From Ascidiella aspersa (taxonomy: Eukaryota), in assembly GCA_963924565.1 (NCBI GenBank), contig OZ004607.1, positions 1,116,001-1,180,000 of the forward strand: DNA of 64,000 bases, written 5' to 3'. Under the pieces are notes generated by a model. That model was not told the origin of the DNA. It worked only from the letters and a program-made list of their open reading frames with translations, and did not search any database. How positions within the stretch are numbered: position 1 is the stretch's first letter; each line of letters starts with the position of its first letter. The position numbers and the translations under genes were made by a program. Shown here piece after piece: positions 1 through 64,000 of the stretch.

Positions 1-218
1 AGGTTGATTAAATATTTATTGATATCATCATGATTAGTGTTTTCTTTCACTTCGTTTAGTAATGTAGTATCCTGCTGTCTGTACATGAACTGTACGGTCT
101 TTTTCAGTCGCAACTTTGATTTGCTGTGTTCCGAATGTAAATGATAGGCGGTGTACCAAAACAGTGATAAAGCAATTAAAAGCAGAAAGATTGCCCACAA
201 ATGAATACTTCTGTTCAT
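1..218 (-). CDS. 5' coding end of a type II single-pass membrane protein, possibly a Golgi glycosyl-/sulfotransferase; runs off the window
   Basis: Not in the ORF track because it has no stop. ATG at 218 (AAAATG context) is open for 72 codons to the window edge: MNRSIHLWAIFLLLIALSLFWYTAYHLHSEHSKSKLRLKKTVQFMYRQQDTTLLNEVKENTNHDDINKYLIN. This reads as short tail, ~18-aa hydrophobic anchor, then polar stem. An acceptor-like attgctAG lies at 252-251 just upstream. Confidence 0.6.
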   Translation of the reverse strand, partial: MNRSIHLWAIFLLLIALSLFWYTAYHLHSEHSKSKLRLKKTVQFMYRQQDTTLLNEVKENTNHDDINKYLIN

Positions 219-1005
219 TTTGCGATCATCTGAATTGCTTGCTCGCCTACCTAGCAATTTCATTTCGTTAAAAGTACAGGTTAGTACGGTTACACCGTAA
301 AATTCATTTCCTATTGTTGTGATCGAGTGAATGTTTACAAATTAACCAAAGGAAACTGACTCAAGCGTGAATTTAACAAATAGAGAGAAACTGATTTAAA
401 AACAGAAATATTCAGATATTTATAATTTTAAACGCTATGATATGTTAAAACAAATTTAAGCAATACAATGACTGAACAAAATTTGGCAAACTTTTCAAAA
501 ATGTGAAAAGTATCTACGATTATAAAAATTCTAGCGACAAAGCAGAAAGTAAAGAAAATATAAAGTAAGGAAAACACCTAAAATGTGATTCTACATAGTA
601 GGTTTTAGATGTTTATGACGTAACGATTAAAAAACAAAGCAATTGTCTTTGTGATTAACTGATTGGTTTGAATTTCTTTGTTACTTAAATGTGAGTATTT
701 TAAATTTTACTTGCTGATAGCTTGTCTAAAAAATCTTTGTAAGCGATAGAAATAATAGCTTAAAAACAGCAACCTAGTGGAATACATTGCAAGCAGCTGA
801 AAGCAGATGTGATACGTTTATCGAATAAGTATGACTTCCAGAAATTTAAGTTTGCGTATTAAACTACCGTGGATTGTGAATTAGAAAACGTTAACAGGTA
901 CTTATAAACTGTATACAAAAGGAACTAAAAGGATATAGAGTAAATTATTGTACTCCTTCTGGCGTTTACGAACATCTAGTGCGGGAGATACGATAATTTC
1001 TACAC

Positions 1006-1219
1006 CAGTAGGTCTTAAACTGGGCCGTGAGAAAGTTTCATCGAAACATCGTTTAAAAATATTATTTGGAAATTCGCGTTTCGCAAACAAGGAAAAAAAT
1101 TAACGTTTTAGCAGTTATTTTACCATTATTTTCACTTTTGTTGTTAAAAGTCTACATGGTTGGTCTTTATTTCAAGGTAGCAAAAGGCATCGGCTAGGAA
1201 AAAAAATTGCGAACCGCTG
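1006..1219. mobile_element. Degenerate hAT-like MITE remnant
   Basis: Ends CAGTAGGTCTTAAACT and ATTGCGAACCGCTG resemble the CAGTGGTTCxxAACC termini of the better-preserved MITEs in this window. No clean TSD. Confidence 0.3.
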
Positions 1220-1678
1220 ATGTAGTACGTAAAAAAGGAAAAAACAAAATGACGTAGCAGAAAGAATGGCGCAGAGAACAACGCAGAAAAATATGCATGC
1301 GTTTAAGAAACTGGCCCACAATTGAAGTTAATAATGGAGAACAGATTATGAGCTAAACTATTTTGTTATAAAGGCACACTAGAAAATTAAATCAGTTCGG
1401 GCTATTTTTTTACATTTTCATATTGAATGGTGGGGGTGAGGAAACAAAAAAAAAGTTAAATTACTGAATGTTTGTGAATCGCTAAGGATGCCAGGACCCA
1501 GAGCTGAATTATTACACGTTACTTAAATAAAATAGTTAATTTAGCTTAATTTCTTTGTTTGTCAAATCTAATGTTTTGACTCGGCACAGCACTTTTTACA
1601 TTCACAGGTTGTGAAATATTTTTTGTTATGACGTAATTTTGCGGTATGTCGGAAAAATCAAGCCCTTTCCACCAAAAC

Positions 1679-4600
1679 CTAGACCCGCCACTGTAGATAA
1701 GTGATTAATTTTTGTTCCAGATATTTCAAAATAGCTGGTATTCCTTTACGTTGCTTTTCTTGGTAAAGCTTTCTAATTTTGTTCGTAAATAACACCAATC
1801 CAAGATTCACGTGAGAGTCAAGTACTTCTGCGATAACTTCCCAACAGAGATCATCTTGCTTTGAATCAAAATATGTCCAAACAAGATTCACATTGTATTG
1901 CAATATCTCCCTACAAAATTCAAAATTAATTTATACGTGTTTTAAACCAGTGAAAAACATATTTAGACTTATATATTTTGTTTGTAATTAGCCGACTTTA
2001 CCTATCACATGTGATTTTGGCTAATGTCTTTAATTTGCTGGTAAGATATTCGACAGCTTGATAATCTCGTTTAAAATTGTACATTCCAGTTAAAAGCAGT
2101 AATTTTGCTTTGTAAATTTGGAAGTTTCCTTGACCCTTAACTTGTTCCAAGAAGTCCTAAATGAAATGAAACTAAGGTTGTCGATACACAGATGAGGCGG
2201 TTGTAATAAAAGGGGTACCTACAATACATGTACAAGCCAGGGGCGGATCCAGTAGTCTAAACCCAAACGTTCCTGCCCTGTGGCCACATAGAAAAGGTGT
2301 CAGAAGTATACTTTAAAGTATAGTATTGTTTTTATCGTTTATTTAATTTAAGTAGGAAAATGCTATCAGTATAAGGTCGTTAAGTTTGGAATGTCATATT
2401 AAAAAAATGGAGATCATGACATGGTATGCACAACCCCTATCTCTATCTTTATGAAATGGGCTAAAATATTATCTAAATTAAAAAAAATCTGAGGTTTTGG
2501 GCCAACACCTCTTCCTGGATCCACCCCTGGCTGTAATTTAGAACTCTATCCGTTTATTGTTAATCTTGTTAATACCTTTGCAAGTTCCAGAGAAGGGAGT
2601 TTTGTTGTGAGTGTCAGGTGATGTTGACAAATAAAGTCCAGCGATTCAAATAGCTCCTTAATGTTAACGTTTGCACTCATAAGTGTAGGGAGTTTAAATA
2701 TTTGGTGAAGAAGAGTGGAAAGCAATTCGTTCATTAAGTTGCAATCTGTGTGTTCATCGATTTCCAAACGTGGTGATTTACAAATCAATGGTATCCAAGA
2801 AATAAACCTACTTCTATACTTGCACACGGCACAGTTACATGTAGAAATTCTGATGCAGACATGTTCACTTTCTGTTGGTAGAGATGCTGTTTTAAAAATT
2901 GCTATCGCGACGGATATAAACAACACCTGATTAGTTGCGGATATTTCAAACATCCTGCTAAAAGATGATTCTACAAATGTGTTGAGCGGTGTTGCCAAAG
3001 AAGTGCCAATGGGCAGATATTCTGTTGTATTTAGTATTCTGATTGTTGTTATTAAAGTATGTGACGTGGTAAGACATTCCTTTATGCGACAATTCGCTTG
3101 AGCTTGATTGCCAATTCCAGATTGACAGATGCTTTTGACACAGTTAGATTCCGCTTTTAACACAGTTGAAACTTTGTTTGTAGCGTTAAGTGAAGTCAAA
3201 ATATATTCAAAAACGTTGCACATTTGTAAAGCTAGTTTCCATTTCGACAAGTTTGCGTAACTTCGGGCGGCTATTATCCAACAGGCACATGTGTATTTGT
3301 TCAAAAGCTCGGTTGCTTTGACAATATGTAAACTTAAAACTGCCTTATAATCTCTTTTGGATTGATAATAGTTCAATCGAGCGAGCTGTAAAACGGTTAC
3401 ATCTTTTTGGGCCAATCTTTCTGTGAAAATACTCATGATATTTATGCATGCAATTTGTGGCGTTGTGTTTATCACGTGAAAGATATTGGAAGACAGGACG
3501 TTGCTAAAGGAATTGACAATTGTTTCCAACGCTTTTTGAGTAGGAGCACTCTTGAAGGAGATAAGCACATCACAAACTAAATTCAGTAAATATTTAATAA
3601 GACTAGTTTGTTGTACAAATTCATCACAAACACATTGTCTTCTCAACACAACATGTACAGCTAACAGTAACATTTCTTGTTCCTCTGTAGTGACGGCGAT
3701 TTTAGACATACAATCAAGGCAATGTTTTATTAAGGCAACTTTTGTTTGTTGTTGAGTTATCGTACTTAGCATTTCTAGATAAGCGTAAGGCGTATTACTA
3801 ATAAGAAACAAGTTCAGACAGTCTGTCAGTTGATGTAAAGGTATTCCGTCTAACATTCTGCTTTGTGATATGAAGTGCAGGCAACCAAAAAAGCTACTTT
3901 CTGTTGGCATATCACATTGCTTGAAACATTGTGCTATTTGTAACAATTTATTTGGAATGATTTTTTTGTAAACCCCGAGGAAACATTTGATAGATTTAAT
4001 ATAATTCAAAGCTGCTTGTTTAAACTGCATCTGGGTTTCGTGCAGACTTCCAAGGACATCAAAATATTTATAGCGCAAACGAGTTATGTTTAGGTTCTCG
4101 GGTTTCCATTGGGCTAGAATTTCACATATATTTCTACAATATTCAGTGGCCTTTGGCTTGTCTCTCATTTCTTGAATAGCCTTTAAAAATGGGTTAGTAA
4201 ATTGAAGACAAAATTCTGGTAACGTTGTTTCATATTCTGGGGAGAAGGATGTTTTCACTTTGGACGTTGGGTGAAGAGTAACAGCTTGTTCAAAAATTTG
4301 CTTCCAAATTCTTACCGCATCATCGTAGCGACGCAAAGCAACGTAACATTGGGCATTTTTGTTGCGCACGTACAAGAAAGTTCGACAATGCCGATTATCC
4401 TGATAGTATTGGGCCATTTGTTGAAGTACTTTTTCGTAATAGTTAATAGCCAGAAAGGGTAACCTGGATTGCATCAGGCAGTTTCCACAGATTATCATAA
4501 TGTCAAATAACTCACCTGATAGATCATCGCCTTCGTCGCAATAGAGTTGTAAAAGATCAGCAATAAACCCAATATCGTAAGCGTTGTAGACAGATTCCAA

Positions 4601-7600
4601 ATCCCTGTATTCCGTTAATAGCTCGAATGCCTTTTTTAGCAATTTAGATCCATGATCTTCACCAAATAGCTTGATATCTATTAGTCCCTGGAACAGAGCA
4701 TATTTTGCCTGAAGAAGTTTGTCAAATTTTCCTAGAGTAACTTCTGCTTCAATGAAATATTGTTTTGCTAAACGAAATATTTTTTTGCTGTAGTAGCAAC
4801 GTCCCAGCATAAAATTAAAATCAGATCGCTGATTTGACGGTAAACAATTATCTTCTAGCTTTTCTTCTAACCACTTAATAGCACGATCGTACTCTTTAAA
4901 GCGAAATAGGACATACCCTGGAGTGAAGCGATTTATTTCTAGAGAATACTTAAGTGGGACAATTTCTTTCATTTGAACCCAAGCAGTGAGAGATTTGTGA
5001 AATTCCATCCCGACAGAATACAAAAACACCAGCGCCGATATGTGCACAGCCTCGGTTATATCGACTGATACACCGCCAAAGAAGTAATGTGAGGCTGACC
5101 CGGCTGTTAGAACATCTTTTTGACCCTTTTGTAGAAAGTAGGTGCTGAACCGAACAAAGTTAACTATGGCTAGTGCTGTGCCAATATCTGCCGCATATTT
5201 CGGATCAATGATTTTTCGATTTTTCATTTCTTCCAATACGTCATACGAAGATAGTTGGTTTATGTCGGCTAACATTGCTATGGAAGGAAACACAATTGTC
5301 ATGCCTCGGTAAAGATCTTTTTTTACATGAATAGCTTTTCCATGGCTGAGGTTATGATAGCTATATTGCTCAATGTCTTCCTGCAAAGTATTGTACAAAT
5401 CCGCTTGTGTAGAATCCTTCATTTTTTTACAAACCTTTTTCCAAGTGTTATCTCGAAAAGCTTTACTAAGAGTTGAACTGCCAGCTACATAAGTTGTATG
5501 CATCAGTATTTCGCCGAGGTGGTAACCTTCTACTCTCTGTTGTTCGCTGCCAACATAAAGAAGCATTTTGTCCACAGTTTGGATGAGTTCTGTGTGCCAA
5601 GGTTTATTTCCAGTGGGTAAGCGACCGAGTGGGTTTTTTGAAGCGTGAGACATTAAACCGTCGAAGGAAAATCCATTCGTCGTTGTGTCATAGAACCAGC
5701 ATTTTCCGTCCTCATCATTCAAACTTGGAATGTCTACTGCGGGCAAAATAGTTTCACCCATAGATATAACAACTATGTGTGCAAGCATAGCGTAGTTTCG
5801 GAAGTAGGACAAAATTTCGATTGGAACTACATCTTGATTTTCCAGCACAATCACACTCTCGAAGTCGGAGTAAGGTGTTACCTCCTCTCTTGCCAGCGAC
5901 CCAAGACCAAGAACAGCAAACTGACAGGGAGGCTTTCCAAGTAACTTTTCAACACTGTCAAATATATATCTCAGTAACGAAGTAAATTCTGTAACGATTG
6001 TTTTCTGACAGTCCTGCATGTTTAACCTAAATCTTTTTTTCGTTTGTTCGTCTACCAATTGTGATTCAAAGGGATTTGTTATTCGATAAAAGGTTGTTAA
6101 ACTATTCGTACGAAACGCGCTTAACTTATCCTTTGTTTTTCTTATTAAAGTCTCAAAATGTTCAACTTTGTTATTTTTCCCCAAAAATTGCATAACATTG
6201 CTGTAAAACTGCTTAAGTTTGTCTTGTGTGTGTTCTAGTTTTTCATCGACGTCCTGGCACCTTTGCAGAGCAGCTTGAAATAAAGCTACGCAACGAATTG
6301 CATCAAAACGAGCAACTGTTTTATCTGGTTCTTCGATTATTTTTTTTATATAAATTTCACCCAATTCCAAAAAAACTGCTCTGGATAATTCAAGGTCAGT
6401 TTCAACACCATTCGATTTGCAACTCCTCTTCAGCTTCTCGCCAAGCTGTTTTTCTTGCAGATCTGAAAACAATTTTTTTATTTACCTTCATGTTACTTCT
6501 AGCTTACGATGCTTGACATTGGTTCAAGCAAAATTGAAGTCTTGTTTTATGAAGCAGAAAAAACAATGCTAAAAAAATTATTACAAATTTAGGTTTATTG
6601 AATTTGAATAGTTAGTAGACTTTGCGCGTTGGGCACACAAGAATTGCTCGTGCTCAACCTGATTCGACAGACGTTGTGAGGGCCTTACTCTACAGTTTAC
6701 AAGCCTGTATAGAACCACGTAAAAACTGTCGGGCAAAGCGCAAAATCATACACATTTTACTATTACATCGGATTGTTATAGTTGGCAAAGAATACACAGA
6801 TCTACATCAATGCTACTATACCATATTGTTCTGACTAAACATAGCCCAAAACGATCGTAATAAGTGGCAAATATATATTAAACAAATCACAAAATTCTTT
6901 AACATAATTTTGGTATAAAGCATTGGACAGCATAAAAGCAAATTGAACACCAAGGGATGTCCGATAATATCGGATCGGAGCTGATATCCCACGCCAGGTA
7001 GAGGTAACGGAACCCGTATCATACATAGGGTGGTGTTAGTGCCGATTCGATACCAGAGAATAAATAAATTTCAGCTATATCCAACGCAGTAAGATAGATA
7101 TGTTTATTGTTTGTAAAGTAACAAAACAACTGAAAGAAGCACCGTACCTTCTGAATAAATTAAATTTTGTTGTCGGGGCAAAACGGACCCCACTTATAAA
7201 ATATAATTTATGTGCCTTGTTGTGTGAAAATGCCGCATCAAGGATTTGTGTTCAAGTGACGAGTAGAAATTTTCAGAGATATTGTCACAAGTTACGTCAC
7301 AACGTGACGTCATAATTTAAGTAATGGTATACATGGCACCTTTATAGCTTGAAAATATTTTACTAAAGTAAGCAAAAACATACAAAAAAACAAAAAAAAT
7401 AGCACTATAGGTACTAAGTACTGTTAGCATTGTCACTCTTAATAAGTTACATGGTTATAAATAGAAAAAAAAACGTACCGTACGTAAACTGCCTTATATT
7501 TATCTTAATGTATACCAACTCATAAGTATTAAAACAAATAGCAATCGTGCTTTTTTACTACAGATATTGGTAAAATTTCTGATGGTTTGGCCTTCCTACA

Positions 7601-9497
7601 AAACTGATCTAAACATATAAAATAATGATTTATTATTTAATTTTATTCAATTTCCAAAATGTTTTACTGAAAGGCTAATCAAAAATACAAACAGTGCACG
7701 GTTTTAGGCTAGTAATAACAGATTAACTTGTGAGGGCTCCGTTTTGCCCAGCTCAGTCGCATGAAAACCTGGTTTCTTTAAAATCGTTCAACTTAAAACG
7801 CCAACTGTTTCGGATTAATAAACACACCCTTACCTACAAATTAATTAGCAAAAAAAGTAACTCCGTTTTTACTTGAACTTTACTAATAAACGCATCATTT
7901 TACTGCGCTATCCTTATATCAATATCCCCCAAACACATTTTCTCCCCTCCCTGGTTTGTGCGAAATCGAATCAGTCTGATTTTTGTCGACAAACGTTTTT
8001 TCGACGATAGTCACTATTCAGAAAGCAAATATTGACGCTGGCAATTTTCGTTAACGATAAAGGTGAGGGGTCCGTTTTGCCCCGCTTTCCCCTACATATA
8101 ATGCCAAATGATTTTAAAACAACTGTGTTTTTAAGTACAAAAGAAACATTTCTATGAAAGTAGTTAAGAAATGCTTATGTAAAAAGTGTATCGTTTGTGG
8201 TTAGGTAGGCCTAGTTTGAAAAACCTAATCTAAACACTAAAAGCAATATAAATTTTATACCAGCGGTCGGCAAACTTTTTTTGTCGCTGCCTAAAGTATT
8301 CTTTTCAGAGCTATTAAAGGTCCAGTAAAACCACTACGTAAAACAGGGGCTGCTAGGATATTTGTTTGGAGTTGGAATGACGTCACAAAGTTTCGTTATA
8401 AAACAATTGCCTACTTCGAAACGCTTGTTGTTTTGTTGCTCTTTATAGTATAATAGTATAATTTAACAGAAATTGGACTGTACAGTTATGAGTCACAAGA
8501 CGCAAGATCGCTTTTGGGCTGAATAGGCATAGGCCTACAACTTGATAAAAGCACATAAAAATCCTTACATTAGACTTTAAGTAAAGTCGTAGTTCAACTA
8601 ATTTAAAAAACGTGATGTTCTCCAACAAACCGGTATTTGGTTTCAGTTGGCCAATCGTTTACCTTAGACCTGTACTTATAGTGCATAAAATATTAACGCT
8701 ATATTATCTCCACAGCTGAATGGCGGCACTCGCAATCAAAGTTTGCGTGATACACACAAAAGGAATAGCCTACATTACGGTAATCTTGTTTTAAAATTTT
8801 GATAAATGTTACTCGCGATACAATAGACATATTACAAAGTTGAACGAAAAATTACATTAACTAGATATAATTTGGTAGAAATTGCATTTTGTAGGGAGTC
8901 CAAGTTCACACAGCGTTAGGCTGTTGACAAGAAAGGGTTAAACATAGCACGGCGTCTTAATGCCGAAAACACTGCCATGCCATAATGTAAAACATACTAT
9001 AAAACGAAGAATATAAGTCCCAACCGCGAAAAATTGTGCGTTTACACATAATCAAAGTTGGCAAAAATATAGTTCGACAGGCTCTCAGGACCACACATTT
9101 GGCACGCGGGCTTGCTGAGACACTATAAAAATTCTTAGCCACATCAACTTTTAAAATACAGTGCAATAAAAGAACGGCAATCACGCGGCCCACAACTACA
9201 TGATAAATATGGCAATTAATTTTTGACTTGTCAAAAAAAGTCAAAATTTACACGTTAGGTCAAAATTTTGTCAATTTTTTTTTAAATCGACGCCTAGGGT
9301 ATTTAAATCAATATTATTGAAACAGGTCAAAATTTAGTCAACATAAATTTTTTTTGGTCAAAATTTGTCAAAGTTTTAATTTTTCACGTTAAAATTTCCT
9401 ATTTTTTAGGTCAAAAAATATTCGCCCCAATGATAACAACACAATCAAAGTTTTACTTACAGAGTTCTTCAAGTCGCTGTGCTGGCGTCGTAGACAT
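1679..9497 (-). CDS. DUF294-like (GlnD/GlnE-type Pol-beta superfamily) nucleotidyltransferase-TPR repeat protein, ~1436 aa, 4 coding exons (9497-9461, 6462-2576, 2156-2002, 1910-1679)
   Basis: The 1308-aa track ORF starts at a TTG just after a stop, so it is not a real start. Exon 1 is taaaATG TCT ACG ACG CCA GCA CAG CGA CTT GAA GAA CTC T|gtaagt (phase 1), which joins ttgttttcag|AT CTG CAA to give MSTTPAQRLEELYLQEKQL. Donor AAG|gtatta at 2576 (phase 0) joins ttcatttag|GAC TTC at 2156. AG|gtaaag at 2002 joins ttttgtag|G GAG ATA TTG, in frame with the 74-aa track ORF 1679..1903. Total 4311 nt = 1437 codons. Motifs: FAVLGLGSLAREEVTPYSDFESVIV, GFSFDGLMSHASKNP, IHVKKDLYR...VRFSTYF, followed by many TPR-like helices. 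Confidence 0.75.
2235..2532. mobile_element. Non-autonomous DNA transposon (MITE) in intron 2 of the NTase-TPR gene
   Basis: 18-bp TIR with 1 mismatch: AGCCAGGGGCGGATCCAG (2235-2252) / CTGGATCCACCCCTGGCT (2515-2532). Non-coding interior. Confidence 0.75.
2576..6462 (-). CDS. Main 3887-nt exon of the nucleotidyltransferase-TPR gene
   Basis: Uninterrupted ORF (track 2546..6472). GS at 5902-5897, DxE at 5866-5858, third acidic residue (FDG) at 5662-5660. TPR-like units include FNFMLGRCYYSKKIFRLAKQYFIEA, RNKNAQCYVALRRYDDAVRIWKQIF and YFDVLGSLHETQMQFKQAALNYIKSI. Confidence 0.9.
7174..8095. mobile_element. Non-autonomous DNA transposon remnant, possibly pogo/Tc1-mariner-like
   Basis: Perfect 18-bp inverted repeat CGGGGCAAAACGGACCCC (7174-7191) / GGGGTCCGTTTTGCCCCG (8067-8084). 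The right end continues CTTTCCCCTA, and a third degenerate internal copy sits at 7730-7753. Confidence 0.65.
9221..9420. repeat. Low-complexity GTCAAAA(TTT) reiterations
   Basis: About 9 copies of (G)GTCAAAA/GTCAA within 200 bp, typical of subterminal repeats of foldback-like elements. Confidence 0.5.
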
Positions 9498-9932
9498 TTT
9501 ATAAGATAACAATCAGCGAACCTATAGTTAAATACTGCTTTACAGAAGACCCGCCTAAATAAAACCACAAATGTAAATGCTGGTTTTAAATATTTGAAAA
9601 AGAAGCAACGCTCTGTCTAAACACGGAAATGCATTTGTGCGAAGCTAAACTACAGAGCTTGCAGCCTCGCGCAAAACGTTGCCGCGTCATTCTGTTGGTC
9701 TCAGGAATCAGATCCCCAACCAGTAAAAATTCTTCATCGTATACATAGATTTTAAGCTTACAAGAAGTTTAGTAAAAAGATTGTATCGCCTCAGCTTCAC
9801 TATAAAACTTACGCTTAGTAGGCTATTTGGGTCGCTGTAAAAAAGGTTGAAAACACTGCTAAACGTCAAGAGGTGATATAAAACCCGAAACCCAATTAAG
9901 GCCAGCGTTAATGGCGTCGAAAGCATCTTGCT

Positions 9933-9973
9933 CCACGTCACTTCCTGGTTTTTTGGATTGTGACGTCCGTCAC
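9933..9973 (-). promoter_or_regulatory. Candidate promoter of the NTase-TPR gene: overlapping ETS-CRE motif
   Basis: Minus strand CCAGGAAGTGACGTGG (9948-9933) plus a second TGACGT at 9961-9966. It lies ~500 bp below the dynein polyA signal and ~430 bp above the predicted ATG at 9497. Confidence 0.4.
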
Positions 9974-10465
9974 ACCAGCCTGTGTGTATTCAATAATTTA
10001 ACAGCATATCAGATGCTCGTGCTTTGTCAATTGTCTAAAATTTCCTGTTCTGTTATTGTGTTTAAAACGTAATGCCATGAAACTAATTATCGCCAGTTGG
10101 AATGCTTTATTTAAGCGCTGGCATTTGAATCTGGTGTATTAAGCTAAAGTCCGCCTTGTTATGTCATTTTGTCGTTTTTAACTGCATTTTGCACAATAGT
10201 TCTACAAGGTTTCTTAGGATTACTTGCTTTATGACGTTATCTCTGGAAATTTTCATGGACCTAAACCAAAATCCTACTTTCAGCTCGCCATACTAACATA
10301 TACATTGACTGATTAACTATGATGTGTTAATATTAAAATAAATTAAATTATTTAGTGTGCATGGAGTAGTTTGAATCTAAGTACTTATTTAAAAGTCGTA
10401 AACTGTCGCTAAATCCTCACTGAAAGAATACATACGAATACAGTTAGCAATCAATCCGAATCTTA

Positions 10466-10471
10466 TTTATT
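10466..10471 (-). terminator. Putative polyadenylation signal of dynein heavy chain
   Basis: AATAAA on the minus strand, ~200 nt downstream of the TAA at 10673-10671. Confidence 0.5.
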
Positions 10472-10670
10472 TCAAATTACCAGTCAAAACGAATTATTCT
10501 TTACAGATTTAAAAGTTAGTTTCCGGTAAACAACATTATGGAAGAATAAATCTATTTTCGTTAGTAAAATTTAGATCAAATACATGCGAAGCCTAATTAT
10601 ATACAATTTTCAGTTGACTACAATCAAATTAACATCAATATGTACACGACTAGTCTAGATCTTTTCGGGC

Positions 10671-63906
<53,236 letters not shown>

Positions 63907-64000
63907 CTAAGCAGGAAATCTTGTTCTTTACAACTCTCAAATAAAATTTTACGACTCTCACATATGGTCAACTCTTTAACAGTGACAGCAAACAGGGTAA

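Noticed and set aside
2546-6472. Single-exon 1308-aa gene or bacterial contaminant
   Set aside because: The start is TTG right after an in-frame stop. Phase-compatible GT-AG exons flank it, and it is embedded among eukaryotic MITEs and genes.
8261-9125. Large hAT element
   Set aside because: The left end CAGCGGTCGGCAAAC is suggestive, but I found no matching right TIR or TSD.
9708-9941. 77-aa hydrophobic ORF as a protein gene
   Set aside because: No recognisable motif. It overlaps the candidate promoter/5' leader and is better seen as a possible uORF or chance ORF.

Overview
AT-rich eukaryotic genomic DNA from an invertebrate animal. An ascidian/tunicate-like chordate is my inference, not proven. 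There are three minus-strand genes. (1) 10671->63906: the C-terminal ~4010 codons of cytoplasmic dynein-1 heavy chain, which I traced by hand as 76 GT-AG exons with consistent phase; the 5' part lies beyond the window. (2) 1679-9497: a 4-coding-exon gene of about 1436 aa built around one 3887-nt exon. It encodes a DUF294/GlnD-GlnE-like Pol-beta-superfamily nucleotidyltransferase with an intact GS..DxE motif, fused to a long TPR-like solenoid, and is the best candidate here for an undescribed sensor-enzyme system. (3) <1-218: the N-terminus of a type II membrane, Golgi-glycosyltransferase-like protein. The dynein introns contain hAT-type MITEs with 8-bp TSDs, a cloverleaf tRNA-like element and a 122-bp tandem array derived from it, several Penelope-type minimal hammerhead ribozyme motifs, and recurrent local duplications of exon-intron junctions that create decoy splice sites. 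There is no CRISPR array or rRNA. Most short ORFs in the track are dynein exon fragments or antisense shadows.
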